A stretch of 64,000 bases of DNA. It comes from Escherichia coli (lineage in GTDB: Bacteria > Pseudomonadota > Gammaproteobacteria > Enterobacterales > Enterobacteriaceae). Each line of letters starts with the position of its first letter. The stretch's first letter is position 1. The notes under the pieces were generated by a model. That model worked only from the letters and a program-made list of their open reading frames with translations. It was not told the origin of the DNA and searched no databases. The stretch lies in the NCBI RefSeq assembly GCF_044324785.1, contig NZ_CP172127.1; one strand, given 5' to 3'. Positions 36,190-54,840 of this stretch are shown here, one piece after another. Position numbers and translations under genes: made by a program.

Positions 36190-36683
36190 TGAACATTACG
36201 CTCGCCCGCATTGATGACCGCCTGATCCACGGCCAGGTCACTACCGTCTGGTCTAAAGTGGCTAACGCCCAGCGCATTATTATCTGCAATGACGAAGTTT
36301 ATAACGATGAAGTTCGCCGGACATTATTGCGTCAGGCTGCGCCACCGGGAATGAAGGTTAACGTGGTCAATATTGAAAAAGCCGTCGCGGTTTATCACAA
36401 CCCGCAATATCAGGACGAAACCGTTTTTTATCTTTTCACTCGCCCACAGGATGCCTTAGCGATGGTTCGCCAGGGGGTAAAAATAGGCACCCTGAATATT
36501 GGCGGCATGGCCTGGCGGCCCGGTAAAAAACAGTTAACCAAAGCGGTTTCATTAGATGATGATGATATTAACGCATTTCATGAGTTAAATAATCTTGGCG
36601 TCATACTGGATTTACGCGTCGTAGCGTCAGATCCCTCAATCAATATTATCGACAAAATAAACGAACAGTTAATCGCAAATTAA
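36189..36683 (+). CDS. sorB: PTS mannose/sorbose-family EIIB component
   Basis: 164-aa product MNITLARIDDRLIHGQVTTVWSK..., with the EIIB-Man phosphohistidine motif (DDRLIHGQV). Confidence 0.88.
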   Translation: MNITLARIDDRLIHGQVTTVWSKVANAQRIIICNDEVYNDEVRRTLLRQAAPPGMKVNVVNIEKAVAVYHNPQYQDETVFYLFTRPQDALAMVRQGVKIGTLNIGGMAWRPGKKQLTKAVSLDDDDINAFHELNNLGVILDLRVVASDPSINIIDKINEQLIAN

Positions 36684-36748
36684 ATAATAGCGCCTGTGTA
36701 CATATGCTTTAACAGGCAGGGATGACGACACTTAAAAGGTGACAAATC

Positions 36749-37546
36749 ATGGAAATAAGTACCCTACAAATCATTGCTATATTTCTTTTTTCCTGTATTG
36801 CCGGAATGGGCAGCGTGCTGGATGAATTTCAGACTCATCGCCCATTAATTGCCTGTACGGTGATTGGTTTAATTCTCGGTGATTTAAAAACCGGAATAAT
36901 ACTCGGTGGTACGCTGGAATTGATAGCTCTCGGCTGGATGAACGTCGGCGCGGCGCAATCTCCGGATTCCGCGCTCGCCAGCATTATCTCCGCCATTCTG
37001 GTTATCGTTGGTCAGCAAAGCATCGCCACCGGTATCGCCATCGCGTTGCCTGTGGCTGCTGCAGGCCAGGTACTGACGGTGTTTGCCCGCACCATCACCG
37101 TAGTGTTCCAGCACGCGGCGGATAAAGCAGCGGAAGAAGCACGGTTTCGCACTCTCGATATTCTGCATGTCTCCGCGCTTGGCGTGCAGGCGCTGCGCGT
37201 TGCTATTCCGGCACTAATTGTCTCGCTGTTCGTCAGCGCTGATATGGTGAGCAATATGCTGAGCGCCATTCCCGAATTTGTGACCCGTGGACTGCAGATT
37301 GCTGGCGGTTTTATCGTGGTGGTCGGTTACGCCATGGTGCTTCGCATGATGGGCGTGAAATATTTGATGCCTTTCTTTTTCCTCGGTTTCCTCGCAGGTG
37401 GCTACCTCGATCTCAGTCTGCTGGCGTTCGGTGGCGTCGGCGTGATCATGGCCCTGCTCTACATCCAGTTAAATCCACAGTGGCGTAAAGCTGAACCACA
37501 TCCCCAGACCACCACTATCACCGCCCTTGACCAACTTGATGATTAA
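36749..37546 (+). CDS. sorA: PTS mannose/sorbose-family EIIC component
   Basis: 265-aa polytopic membrane protein MEISTLQIIAIFLFSCIAGMGSVLDEF..., typical of EIIC-Man. Confidence 0.85.
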   Translation: MEISTLQIIAIFLFSCIAGMGSVLDEFQTHRPLIACTVIGLILGDLKTGIILGGTLELIALGWMNVGAAQSPDSALASIISAILVIVGQQSIATGIAIALPVAAAGQVLTVFARTITVVFQHAADKAAEEARFRTLDILHVSALGVQALRVAIPALIVSLFVSADMVSNMLSAIPEFVTRGLQIAGGFIVVVGYAMVLRMMGVKYLMPFFFLGFLAGGYLDLSLLAFGGVGVIMALLYIQLNPQWRKAEPHPQTTTITALDQLDD

Positions 37547-37556
37547 CGGAGCCATC

Positions 37557-38381
37557 ATGGAACAGAGAAAAATTACACGCAGCGATCTGGTGAGCATGTT
37601 TCTGCGCTCCAACCTGCAACAGGCGTCCTTCAACTTTGAACGCATTCATGGGCTGGGCTTTTGTTACGACATGATCCCCGCCATCAAACGACTTTACCCA
37701 TTAAAAGAGGATCAGGTTGCGGCGCTCAGGCGACACCTGGTGTTCTTCAATACCACGCCAGCCGTATGTGGCCCGGTCATCGGCGTCACTGCCGCCATGG
37801 AAGAGGCGCGGGCCAACGGCGCGGAAATTGATGACGGTACCATTAACGGCATCAAAGTCGGTCTGATGGGACCATTGGCAGGAGTTGGCGATCCACTGGT
37901 CTGGGGAACGCTGCGCCCGATTACCGCCGCGCTCGGCGCATCTCTGGCACTTTCGGGCAACATTCTCGGCCCGCTGCTGTTTTTCTTTATTTTCAATGCG
38001 GTGCGTCTGGCGATGAAGTGGTATGGCCTACAGCTCGGCTTTCGCAAAGGGGTGAATATCGTCAGCGATATGGGCGGGAATGTGCTGCAAAAACTCACCG
38101 AAGGCGCGTCGATTCTCGGACTGTTTGTGATGGGCGTGCTGGTGACCAAATGGACGTCAATCAACGTACCGTTGGTGGTTTCACAAACGCATGCCGCCGA
38201 TGGCTCCACCGTCACCATGACCGTGCAGAACATTCTCGACCAACTTTGCCCTGGTTTGCTGGCGCTCGGTCTGACGCTACTGATGGTTCGTCTGCTCAAC
38301 AAAAAAATTAACCCGGTATGGCTGATTTTCGCCCTGTTTGGCTTAGGGATTATCGGCAATGCGCTGGGCTTCCTGTCCTGA
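37557..38381 (+). CDS. sorM: PTS mannose/sorbose-family EIID component
   Basis: 274-aa product MEQRKITRSDLVSMFLRSNLQQASFNFERIHGLGFCYDMIPAI..., characteristic EIID-Man N-terminus. ATG at 37557 follows ACGGAG. Confidence 0.85.
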   Translation: MEQRKITRSDLVSMFLRSNLQQASFNFERIHGLGFCYDMIPAIKRLYPLKEDQVAALRRHLVFFNTTPAVCGPVIGVTAAMEEARANGAEIDDGTINGIKVGLMGPLAGVGDPLVWGTLRPITAALGASLALSGNILGPLLFFFIFNAVRLAMKWYGLQLGFRKGVNIVSDMGGNVLQKLTEGASILGLFVMGVLVTKWTSINVPLVVSQTHAADGSTVTMTVQNILDQLCPGLLALGLTLLMVRLLNKKINPVWLIFALFGLGIIGNALGFLS

Positions 38382-38432
38382 TTCTTCGCCCCGGCACGAC
38401 TGCCGGGGCCATCGCTCAACATGAGGTGGTTT

Positions 38433-39662
38433 ATGAAAACAACAGCTCTGCGTCTTTATGGTAAACGTGATTTACGCCTGGAAACCTTTGATCTTCCTGA
38501 AATGCAGGAGGATGAAATCCTCGCGACGGTGGTCACTGACAGCCTGTGCCTCTCTTCCTGGAAAGAGGCCAACCTGGGTGAAAACCATAAAAAAGTACCC
38601 GACGATGTGGCGACCAACCCAATCATCATCGGCCACGAGTTTTGCGGCGATATTCTGGCCGTGGGTAAAAAGTGGCAGCACAAATTCCAGCCGGGTCAGC
38701 GTTATGTGATTCAGGCCAACCTGCAACTCCCCGACCGCCCGGACTGCCCCGGCTACTCCTTCCCGTGGGTGGGCGGCGAAGCCACGCATGTGGTTATCCC
38801 AAATGAGGTTATGGAACAAGATTGCCTGCTGGCATACGACGGCGAAACCTATTTTGAAGGCTCGCTGGTTGAACCGCTTTCCTGCGTGATTGGCGCGTTC
38901 AACGCCAACTATCATCTTCAGGAAGGTAGTTATAACCACACGATGGGGATTCGCCCGCAAGGGCGCACGCTGATCCTCGGCGGCACCGGACCAATGGGAC
39001 TGTTGGCGATTGATTATGCGCTGCATGGACCCGTTAACCCGTCGCTGCTCGTCATTACCGATACCGACAACGACAAATTGAGTTATGCGCGCAAGCACTA
39101 TCCATCAGAACCGCAAACACTGATTCATTATCTCAATGCCGCCGATGCAGCATTTGATACGTTAATGGCACTGAGTGGCGGTCACGGCTTCGATGATATT
39201 TTCGTCTTTGTGCCTAATGAAGGACTGGTGACTCTCGCCTCTTCCTTGCTGGCGACAGATGGTTGTCTGAATTTCTTCGCCGGACCGCAGGATAAGCACT
39301 TCAGCGCGCCAATTAATTTCTACGATGTGCATTATGCATTTACCCACTACGTGGGCACGTCAGGCGGCAATACCGACGACATGCGCGCAGCGGTCAAATT
39401 GATTGAAGAGAAAAAAGTGCAGGCCGCAAAAGTGGTAACACATATTCTTGGGCTGAATGCCGCGGGCGAAACCACGCTTGAATTGCCTGCCGTCGGCGGC
39501 GGCAAAAAGCTGGTGTATACAGGGAAATACCTGCCGCTGACGTCACTCACGCAGATTCAGGATCAAGCACTGGCGGCGATTCTGGCGCGTCATCAGGGGA
39601 TCTGGTCCGGTGAGGCGGAGCAATACCTGCTCGCCCATGCAGAAGCAATTTCCCATGATTAA
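38433..39662 (+). CDS. sorE: Zn-dependent medium-chain dehydrogenase (L-sorbose-1-phosphate reductase type)
   Basis: About 409-aa MDR-family enzyme (MKTTALRLYGKRDLRLETFDLP...; GHEFCGDI zinc-site region). ATG at 38433 follows GAGGTGG. Last gene of the sor cluster. Confidence 0.8.
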   Translation: MKTTALRLYGKRDLRLETFDLPEMQEDEILATVVTDSLCLSSWKEANLGENHKKVPDDVATNPIIIGHEFCGDILAVGKKWQHKFQPGQRYVIQANLQLPDRPDCPGYSFPWVGGEATHVVIPNEVMEQDCLLAYDGETYFEGSLVEPLSCVIGAFNANYHLQEGSYNHTMGIRPQGRTLILGGTGPMGLLAIDYALHGPVNPSLLVITDTDNDKLSYARKHYPSEPQTLIHYLNAADAAFDTLMALSGGHGFDDIFVFVPNEGLVTLASSLLATDGCLNFFAGPQDKHFSAPINFYDVHYAFTHYVGTSGGNTDDMRAAVKLIEEKKVQAAKVVTHILGLNAAGETTLELPAVGGGKKLVYTGKYLPLTSLTQIQDQALAAILARHQGIWSGEAEQYLLAHAEAISHD

Positions 39663-39821
39663 TCGCGCTACTTAACTCTGCATGTCGCTGGCTGGTCGCC
39701 GCGGCAACTTCGCGACCTGATGTGCGGCTGATTGCAGAAGCGGCACAATGTGCACGAGAAGGATAAAAAACATCAGCGCCTTAAGGGGCGCTCAAATTGG
39801 TGGCAAAGTGCACATTGTTTA

Positions 39822-39919
39822 TGCCGGATGCGGAATGAAGCCTTATTCGGCCTACAAAATCGCGAAAATTCAAGACATTGCAATTAGCTTGTAGGCCTGA
39901 TAAGCGTAGCGCATCAGGC
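39822..39919. repeat. REP/BIME pair downstream of sorE
   Basis: gccggatgcggaatgaagccttattcggcctac ... gtaggcctgataagcgtagcgcatcaggca. Confidence 0.8.
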
Positions 39920-40043
39920 AATGCTGTGTTTGTCATCAGGCTCAACGCCCGGTGCAATACGTGACATCGTGAGCCATGTCAGTAAGTGGTTAAATTCGCA
40001 GTGGTAGCATGCCTTCCGTGATTTCTTACTAACCGGAGAAGTA

Positions 40044-40733
40044 ATGGAACTGCTTTTATTGAGTAACTCGACGCTGCCGGGTAAAGCCTGGCTGGAACAT
40101 GCACTGCCGCTAATTGCTGAACAGTTGCAGGGTCGCCGCTCAGCGGTGTTTATCCCTTTCGCTGGCGTAACGCAGACCTGGGATGATTACACAGCGAAAA
40201 CGGCTGCGGTTCTCGCTCCGCTGGGTGTTTCTGTCACCGGTATTCATAGCGTTGTCGATCCCGTTGCCGCGATTGAAAATGCTGAGATCGTGATTGTCGG
40301 CGGCGGTAATACTTTCCAGTTGCTGAAACAGTGCCGCGAGCGCGGGCTGCTGGCACCAATTACTGACGTGGTTAAACGTGGCGCGCTGTATATTGGCTGG
40401 AGCGCTGGCGCTAACCTTGCTTGCCCAACCATTCGTACCACCAACGATATGCCGATTGTCGATCCGCAAGGTTTCGATGCGCTGAATCTGTTCCCGTTGC
40501 AAATCAACCCGCACTTCACCAACGCGCTGCCGGAAGGCCATAAAGGTGAAACCCGTGAACAGCGTATTCGCGAACTGCTGGTCGTCGCGCCAGAACTCAC
40601 AATTATTGGTCTACCGGAAGGTAACTGGATCACAGTGAGTAAAGGTCACGCAACGCTGGGTGGCCCGAACACCACTTATGTGTTTAAGGCTGGTGAAGAA
40701 GCGGTTCCGCTGGAAGCGGGTCACCGTTTTTAA
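40044..40733 (+). CDS. pepE: Dipeptidase E (alpha-aspartyl dipeptidase, S51 family)
   Basis: Translation [42 protein letters not shown]... (229 aa) matches PepE. Confidence 0.93.
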
Positions 40734-40750
40734 ATGAATTGCCGGATGCA

Positions 40751-40820
40751 TAATCCGGCATCTTGTTCATCGTGCCTGATGCGACGCTTTACGCGTCTTA
40801 TCAGGTCTACAGGGTCACGG
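40751..40820. repeat. REP-like palindromes between pepE and yjbB
   Basis: gccggatgcataatccggc hairpin followed by gcctgatgcgacgctttacgcgtcttatcaggtctac. Confidence 0.7.
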
Positions 40821-40822
40821 TA

Positions 40823-42454
40823 TTAATACTCGTCCCGTCCTTCGTCTTCATCCGGCTGTTCCAGCACACTGTAAGCCACCGAACAAAACAGCGAGTTCAG
40901 ACGCTGCATATCTCCCAGTAAGCCTAAATGTAGCGAACTGGTTTCAATGCTTTGCACGTTTTGCTGATGCAGGCGATCGACGTGAGCATGGGAATAACGG
41001 CGATTAAGAATGCGAAAACGATGCTTGCTGCGGCGCAAACGACGGGCGCTGGTAACATCGCCAGAGAAGAAAACCGACATTGCCAGTTTTAAATTACTGA
41101 GCAATTGCTCATAGAGCGCATCCAGTTCCTTCAAGCCATCAAGCGAAAATGCCCGCCGTGCTGCCAGCGATTTATCGGCAATTTCGCTCCCCATGCGCTC
41201 GACGATATCGGAGGCCTGTTCAAGGTTGAGCGACATTTCGATGATCTCCGCCCAGCGGCGCGACTCTTCCTCCGCCAGCTCTTCTTTTGGCATCCGCGCC
41301 AGATACAGCTTAATGGCGGTATAGAGAACGTTGATATCATCAGCCAGCTTACGCAGCTCTTTCTCCTGCCGTGGCTCGCCGTGCATCACTTTATTCAGCC
41401 CTTCCATCATCTGTTCCATGGCGTCGCCAATGCGCAGGGTTTCGCGGGCGGCGTTCGCCAGAGCAAGCGTGGGCGTATCCAGCGCGCTGACATCCAGATG
41501 TTTAGGCCGTAGCTGGGTATCCAGTTCCGGTTCATCGCGAATAATCGTTTTGCAAAACCGTGCCATCGGGTCAACAAATGGCAGCATGACCAGGCAACGT
41601 ACAAGGTTGTAGAAGACATGGAAATAGATCACCAGTTCCGCTTTTGGCAATGGCAACTTCCCCATTGTCTCTGCCAGCAAATGAACAAACGGCAGGATAA
41701 TCAGGCTACCCACCAGCTTAAACAGCAGACTACCCAGCGCGACACGGCGGGCTGCGGCATTGGCGGCACTGTTGTTGAGCATCGCCAGCAGGCCGGAACC
41801 GAGGTTAGCACCAATCACCAGACAGAGCGCCACGGGGAAGGAGATAATGCCTGCGGCGGTCAGAGTCGCGGTCAGCAGTACAGCAGCAAGGCTGGAGTAG
41901 CTGATAATGGCGAACATCGCGCCAATCAGCGCATCCAGCAGAATATCGCCGGTCAGCGAGGCAAAGATCACCTGAACGCCGTTTGCCTGGGTGATCGGCG
42001 TTACGGCCTGCACAATCAACTCCAGCGCCAGCAAAATCAGCCCAAGACCAATACCGACGCGGCCCAGTTGCCCGGCGCGTGACTGTTTGCGTCCGAGGAA
42101 AAAAATCACGCCGATAAAAATAAGTAACGGTGACAGCCAGGATAAGTCGAAGGTGAGAATACGCGCCATTAGCGCCGTCCCGACATCTGCACCCAGCACA
42201 ATCACCAGAGCCGGTGCGAGGGCAACCAAATCCTGAGCGACGAACGAGGTCACCAGCATGGTGGTGGCATTACTGCTCTGCACCAGTGCGGTAACGCCGA
42301 TCCCCGCGCAAAAGGCAAGCGGCTTCTTTTCGACGCTTCGGCTAAGAACAGTACGCAGACGCGCGCCGAAGACGCGCATTACGCCTGTTCGAACAATATG
42401 CGTCCCCCAGACCAACAGGGCGACGGCAGAAAGCAGGTGAAGCAGCGTTAACAC
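40823..42454 (-). CDS. yjbB: Na+/phosphate-cotransporter-family membrane protein
   Basis: 543-aa ORF with an N-terminal polytopic membrane domain and a C-terminal soluble domain, in the conserved position between pepE and metH. Confidence 0.85.
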   Translation of the reverse strand: MLTLLHLLSAVALLVWGTHIVRTGVMRVFGARLRTVLSRSVEKKPLAFCAGIGVTALVQSSNATTMLVTSFVAQDLVALAPALVIVLGADVGTALMARILTFDLSWLSPLLIFIGVIFFLGRKQSRAGQLGRVGIGLGLILLALELIVQAVTPITQANGVQVIFASLTGDILLDALIGAMFAIISYSSLAAVLLTATLTAAGIISFPVALCLVIGANLGSGLLAMLNNSAANAAARRVALGSLLFKLVGSLIILPFVHLLAETMGKLPLPKAELVIYFHVFYNLVRCLVMLPFVDPMARFCKTIIRDEPELDTQLRPKHLDVSALDTPTLALANAARETLRIGDAMEQMMEGLNKVMHGEPRQEKELRKLADDINVLYTAIKLYLARMPKEELAEEESRRWAEIIEMSLNLEQASDIVERMGSEIADKSLAARRAFSLDGLKELDALYEQLLSNLKLAMSVFFSGDVTSARRLRRSKHRFRILNRRYSHAHVDRLHQQNVQSIETSSLHLGLLGDMQRLNSLFCSVAYSVLEQPDEDEGRDEY

Positions 42455-42673
42455 GAGTTCAGGTTCTCCTTATCGTTATATGTTCCTGAAGCAATTGAAT
42501 GACCAAAGGACCGGAAACACACTGACTGGCATCTTTACTGTGCCTTTTGACCTTCGTTTTTCCGGCTAAGATTATTCCAGCCTGATTCCAGTATAAGTGT
42601 TTCATATTAATAAAGAGACAGGGCACTCATTGAGCGCCCTGTTTGTTGTAAGGAAAAGTGACAGATTTGTGAA

Positions 42674-46357
<3,684 letters not shown>

Positions 46358-46556
46358 ACTTGCTCCCGACACGCTCAACCCAGATTTAATAAAAATTCAA
46401 CAAACCATACTGGCATAAACGCATCTGTGGTAAAAGCGACCACCACGCAACATGAGATTTGTTCAACATTAACTCATCGGATCAGTTCAGCAACTATTGC
46501 ATTAGCTAACAATAAAAATGAAAATGATTTCCACGATACAGAAAAAGGAGACTGTC

Positions 46557-47381
46557 ATGGTCGCACCCATTCCCGCGAAACGCGGCAGAAAACCCGCCGT
46601 TGCCACCGCACCAGCGACTGGACAGGTTCAGTCTTTAACGCGTGGCCTGAAATTACTGGAGTGGATTGCCGAATCCAATGGCAGTGTGGCACTCACGGAG
46701 CTGGCGCAACAAGCCGGGTTACCCAATTCCACGACCCACCGCCTGCTAACCACGATGCAACAGCAGGGTTTCGTGCGTCAGGTTGGCGAACTGGGACACT
46801 GGGCAATCGGCGCACATGCCTTTATGGTCGGCAGCAGCTTTCTCCAGAGCCGTAATTTGTTAGCAATTGTTCACCCTATCCTGCGCAATCTAATGGAAGA
46901 GTCTGGCGAAACGGTCAATATGGCGGTGCTTGATCAAAGCGATCACGAAGCGATTATTATCGACCAGGTACAGTGTACCCACCTGATGCGAATGTCCGCG
47001 CCTATCGGCGGTAAATTACCTATGCACGCTTCCGGTGCGGGTAAAGCCTTTTTAGCCCAACTGAGCGAAGAACAGGTGACGAAGCTGCTGCACCGCAAAG
47101 GGTTACATGCCTATACCCACGCAACGCTGGTGTCTCCTGTGCATTTAAAAGAAGATCTCGCCCAAACGCGCAAACGGGGCTATTCATTTGACGATGAGGA
47201 ACATGCACTGGGGCTACGTTGCCTTGCAGCGTGTATTTTCGATGAGCACCGTGAACCGTTTGCCGCAATTTCTATTTCCGGACCGATTTCACGTATTACC
47301 GATGACCGCGTGACCGAGTTTGGCGCGATGGTGATTAAAGCGGCGAAGGAAGTGACGCTGGCGTACGGTGGAATGCGCTGA
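46557..47381 (+). CDS. iclR: Glyoxylate-shunt repressor IclR
   Basis: Translation MVAPIPAKRGRKPAVATAPATGQVQSLTRGLKLLEWIAESNGSVALTELAQQAGLPNSTTHRLL... (274 aa) matches IclR. ATG at 46557 follows AAAGGAG. Confidence 0.95.
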   Translation: MVAPIPAKRGRKPAVATAPATGQVQSLTRGLKLLEWIAESNGSVALTELAQQAGLPNSTTHRLLTTMQQQGFVRQVGELGHWAIGAHAFMVGSSFLQSRNLLAIVHPILRNLMEESGETVNMAVLDQSDHEAIIIDQVQCTHLMRMSAPIGGKLPMHASGAGKAFLAQLSEEQVTKLLHRKGLHAYTHATLVSPVHLKEDLAQTRKRGYSFDDEEHALGLRCLAACIFDEHREPFAAISISGPISRITDDRVTEFGAMVIKAAKEVTLAYGGMR

Positions 47382-47697
47382 CTTTTTCTGGCGGGCAGAG
47401 GCAATATTCTGCCCATCATACCTGAGTGGCAATAGAATAAGGGTGTCTGTTAATCGCATTGATGCCAAAATAACTTAATGTCATACACTTCACACACTTT
47501 TATTAACTCAGTATTATTTTTAAACATCAAACCACTTAATTATTAACAAAATCGCAAGATCTCATTCCACCGAAACTTTTACGGCTGCATTATGAGATTG
47601 AGCGATTTATGATATTTCTTTACTTGTAATCATATTAAATTTTTTCACTGTTCTGATAGTTAAAATTCAAGACATCAATAAACAATGAGATATTTAA

Positions 47698-51598
<3,901 letters not shown>

Positions 51599-51602
51599 TT
51601 AA

Positions 51603-51630
51603 TTCGCCCCTCGCCTTACGGAAAGGGGCG
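51603..51630 (-). promoter_or_regulatory. Stem-loop in the aceA-aceK intergenic region
   Basis: Inverted repeat cgcccct...aggggcg between the aceA stop and aceK start. Stable intergenic structure here is known to lower aceK expression relative to aceA; its role in this strain is inferred. Confidence 0.45.
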
Positions 51631-51637
51631 TTGGTTG

Positions 51638-52942
51638 TTAGAACTGCGATTCTTCGGTGGAGCCGGTCAGAGCAGTAACTGAAGACGTACCGCCCTGAAT
51701 AATGGTCGTCACTTTATCGAAATAACCTGTGCCCACTTCCTGCTGGTGAGAAACGAAGGTGTAACCATCTTTCGCGGCGGCGAATTCCGGTTGCTGCACT
51801 TTCTCAACATAGTGCTTCATACCTTCGCCCTGGGCATAGGCGTTTGCCAGGTCGAACATGTTGAACCACATGCTGTGGATGCCTGCCAGGGTGATGAACT
51901 GGAACTTGTAGCCCATATCCGACAGCTGCTGCTGGAAGCTGGCAATAGTTTTGTCGTCGAGGTTTTTCTGCCAGTTGAACGACGGCGAGCAGTTATAAGC
52001 CAGCAGTTTGCCCGGATATTTCGCGTGGATGGCTTGTGCAAAGCGACGCGCCAGTTCCAGGTCTGGCGTGGAGGTTTCACACCATACCAGGTCAGCATAT
52101 GGCGCATACGCCAGGCCACGGCTGATCGCTTGCTCAATGCCCGCATGAGTACGGAAGAAGCCTTCGCTGGTACGCTCGCCGGTAATAAATTCGCTGTCAT
52201 ACGGGTCGCAATCGGAGGTAATCAGATCCGCCGCATCGGCATCGGTTCGAGCAACCAGCAGGGTTGGAACGCCCGTCACGTCAGCTGCCAGACGCGCCGC
52301 GACCAGTTTCTGAATAGCTTCCTGAGTTGGCACCAGCACTTTGCCGCCCATGTGACCACATTTCTTCACTGATGCCAGCTGATCTTCGAAGTGAACTGCC
52401 GCTGCACCGGCTTCAATCATCGCTTTCATCAGTTCAAAGGCATTCAGGACACCGCCAAAACCGGCTTCCGCATCGGCAACGATCGGCAGGAAGTAATCCA
52501 CATAGCGCGGATCACCCGGCTCAATGCCCGCGGACCATTGGATCTGATCCGCACGGCGGAAGGTATTGTTGATCCGCTCCACCACCGCTGGCACCGAGTT
52601 TGCCGGATAGAGCGACTGATCCGGATACATGCTGGCCGCCAGGTTAGCGTCCGCCGCTACCTGCCATCCCGACAGATAGACCGCTTCAATACCCGCTTTC
52701 GCCTGTTGCAGCGCCTGACCGCCAGTCAGTGCACCGAGGCTGTTGATGTAGCCTTTTTTCGACTCGCCGTGCAGCAGACGCCACATTTTCGCCGCGCCCA
52801 GTTGCGCCAGGGTGCATTCAGGATTGACTGAACCGCGTAATTTCACCACATCTTCCGCGCTGTAGGGGCGAGTAATGCCTTCCCAACGCGGTTGAGTCCA
52901 CTCTTTCTGTAATTCTTCAATTTGTTGTGTACGGGTTTTCAT
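51638..52942 (-). CDS. aceA: Isocitrate lyase
   Basis: Translation [59 protein letters not shown]... (434 aa), including the KKCGH active-site motif. Confidence 0.97.
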   Translation of the reverse strand: MKTRTQQIEELQKEWTQPRWEGITRPYSAEDVVKLRGSVNPECTLAQLGAAKMWRLLHGESKKGYINSLGALTGGQALQQAKAGIEAVYLSGWQVAADANLAASMYPDQSLYPANSVPAVVERINNTFRRADQIQWSAGIEPGDPRYVDYFLPIVADAEAGFGGVLNAFELMKAMIEAGAAAVHFEDQLASVKKCGHMGGKVLVPTQEAIQKLVAARLAADVTGVPTLLVARTDADAADLITSDCDPYDSEFITGERTSEGFFRTHAGIEQAISRGLAYAPYADLVWCETSTPDLELARRFAQAIHAKYPGKLLAYNCSPSFNWQKNLDDKTIASFQQQLSDMGYKFQFITLAGIHSMWFNMFDLANAYAQGEGMKHYVEKVQQPEFAAAKDGYTFVSHQQEVGTGYFDKVTTIIQGGTSSVTALTGSTEESQF

Positions 52943-52971
52943 GTGCAGATGCTCCATAGTTATGTGGTGGT

Positions 52972-54573
52972 TTACGCTAACAGGCGGTAGCCTGGCAGGG
53001 TCAGGAAATCAATTAACTCATCGGAAGTGGTGATCTGTTCCATCAAGCGTGCGGCATCGTCAAAACGCCCCTGGGAGAATCGTTCTTCGCCCAGTTCGCT
53101 GGCAATGACTTTCATCTCTTCGCCCAGCATCTGGCGGAACAAGGCTTTGGTCACCGGTTTGCCATTGCTCAACGTTTTTTGATGATGGATCCACTGCCAG
53201 ATTGAGGTACGGGAAATTTCAGCCGTCGCCGCATCTTCCATCAGGCCATAAATCGGCACGCAGCCGTTGCCAGAGATCCATGCTTCGATGTACTGCACAG
53301 CCACGCGAATGTTGGCGCGCATACCTTCTTCGGTGCGTTCACCATCACAAGGTGCCAGCAGCTGATCGGCAGTAATCGGCGCGTCTTGTTCGCGCATCAC
53401 TTCAAGCTGATTTTTACGGGAGCCGAGAATGTCGTTGAATACCGCCATTGCCGTATCCGCAAGGCCTGGGTGGGCAATCCATGTACCATCGTGACCGTTA
53501 TTAGCTTCCAGCGATTTATCCGCTTTTACTTTGTTGAGCACCTGGTTATTGCGCTCTTCATCTTTGCTCGGAATAAATGCCGCCATACCGCCCATCGCAA
53601 AAGCACCGCGTTTATGGCAGGTTTTAATCAACAGGCGTGAGTAAGCATTCAGAAATGGTTTATCCATCGTCACTGCCTGTCTGTCTGGCAGGACGCGATC
53701 GGGATAGTTTTTCAACGTTTTGATATAACTGAAGATGTAATCCCAACGACCGCAGTTCAGACCAACAATATGGTCACGCAGCGCGTGAAGGATTTCATCC
53801 ATCTGGAACACGGCGGGCAGCGTTTCAATCAGCAACGTCGCCTTGATGGTGCCGCGCGGCAGATTAAAGCGATCTTCTGCATAGCTGAAGACTTCGCTCC
53901 ACCAGGCCGCTTCCTGCCAGGACTGGGTTTTCGGCAGATAGAAATAGGGACCACTGCCCTTTGCCAACAGTGCCTGATAGTTGTGGAAGAAATAGAGCGC
54001 AAAATCAAACAGGCTACCGGGGATTGCCTCACCACGCCAGGTGACATGTTTTTCCGGCAAGTGCAGACCGCGTACCCGACAAATCAACACCGCTGGATTG
54101 GGCTTGAGCTGATAAATTTTGCCTGCTTCATTGGTATAGCTGATGGTGCCGTTAACCGCATCGCGCAGGTTAATTTGCCCGTCGATCACTTTGTTCCAGT
54201 CTGGTGCCAGTGAATCTTCGAAATCGGCCATAAAGACTTTCACATTGGCGTTGAGCGCGTTGATCACCATCTTGCGCTCAACCGGGCCGGTAATCTCTAC
54301 CCGACGATCTTCTAAGTCCGCAGGAATCCCGCGAATTTTCCAGTCAGCATCACGAATGGAAGCTGTTTCCGAAATAAAATCAAGCAACGTTCCGTTATCG
54401 ATATCCTGCTGCTGCTGAATGCGCGCTGCCAGAAGTTTATTGCGTTGTGGCGTAAAATGCGTCACCAGCTCAGTCAGAAATTCTACCGCTTCGGCAGTAA
54501 GAATTTGCTTCTCCTGCTCGCCATACGGCCTTGTGAAAGCCAATTCATCGGTTGTTGTTGCCTGTTCACTCAT
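52972..54573 (-). CDS. aceB: Malate synthase A
   Basis: Translation [61 protein letters not shown]... (533 aa). ATG at 54573 follows GAGGAG; the ORF-track extension to 54648 is rejected. Confidence 0.96.
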   Translation of the reverse strand: MSEQATTTDELAFTRPYGEQEKQILTAEAVEFLTELVTHFTPQRNKLLAARIQQQQDIDNGTLLDFISETASIRDADWKIRGIPADLEDRRVEITGPVERKMVINALNANVKVFMADFEDSLAPDWNKVIDGQINLRDAVNGTISYTNEAGKIYQLKPNPAVLICRVRGLHLPEKHVTWRGEAIPGSLFDFALYFFHNYQALLAKGSGPYFYLPKTQSWQEAAWWSEVFSYAEDRFNLPRGTIKATLLIETLPAVFQMDEILHALRDHIVGLNCGRWDYIFSYIKTLKNYPDRVLPDRQAVTMDKPFLNAYSRLLIKTCHKRGAFAMGGMAAFIPSKDEERNNQVLNKVKADKSLEANNGHDGTWIAHPGLADTAMAVFNDILGSRKNQLEVMREQDAPITADQLLAPCDGERTEEGMRANIRVAVQYIEAWISGNGCVPIYGLMEDAATAEISRTSIWQWIHHQKTLSNGKPVTKALFRQMLGEEMKVIASELGEERFSQGRFDDAARLMEQITTSDELIDFLTLPGYRLLA

Positions 54574-54771
54574 CGTGCAGCTCCTCGTCATGGATCCGAA
54601 AACTTCCCACTGTGAACGAAGGATCGTTGTGCGCTTTTCGTTCAGCACAACTAAGACTACTCATTTAAAATGCAAAATCAAAAACAATTTCCATTTTAAT
54701 TAAAAATATCTGATAACTTATTGATAACAATATGAATAAAATTTATTCACCTGCTGAGGTGTGTGTCGGAA

Positions 54772-54795
54772 ATAAAAAAGGCACCCGAAGGTGCC
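54772..54795 (-). terminator. Rho-independent terminator of metA
   Basis: Minus strand reads ggcaccttcgggtgcc followed by ttttttatt. Confidence 0.7.
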
Positions 54796-54840
54796 TGAGG
54801 TAAAGTGCTGAATCGCTTAACGATCGACTATCACAGAAGA

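Noticed and set aside
47391-47415. Hairpin gggcag...ctgccc just after the iclR stop as a terminator
   Set aside because: No U-run follows the stem, so it does not qualify as an intrinsic terminator on sequence alone.
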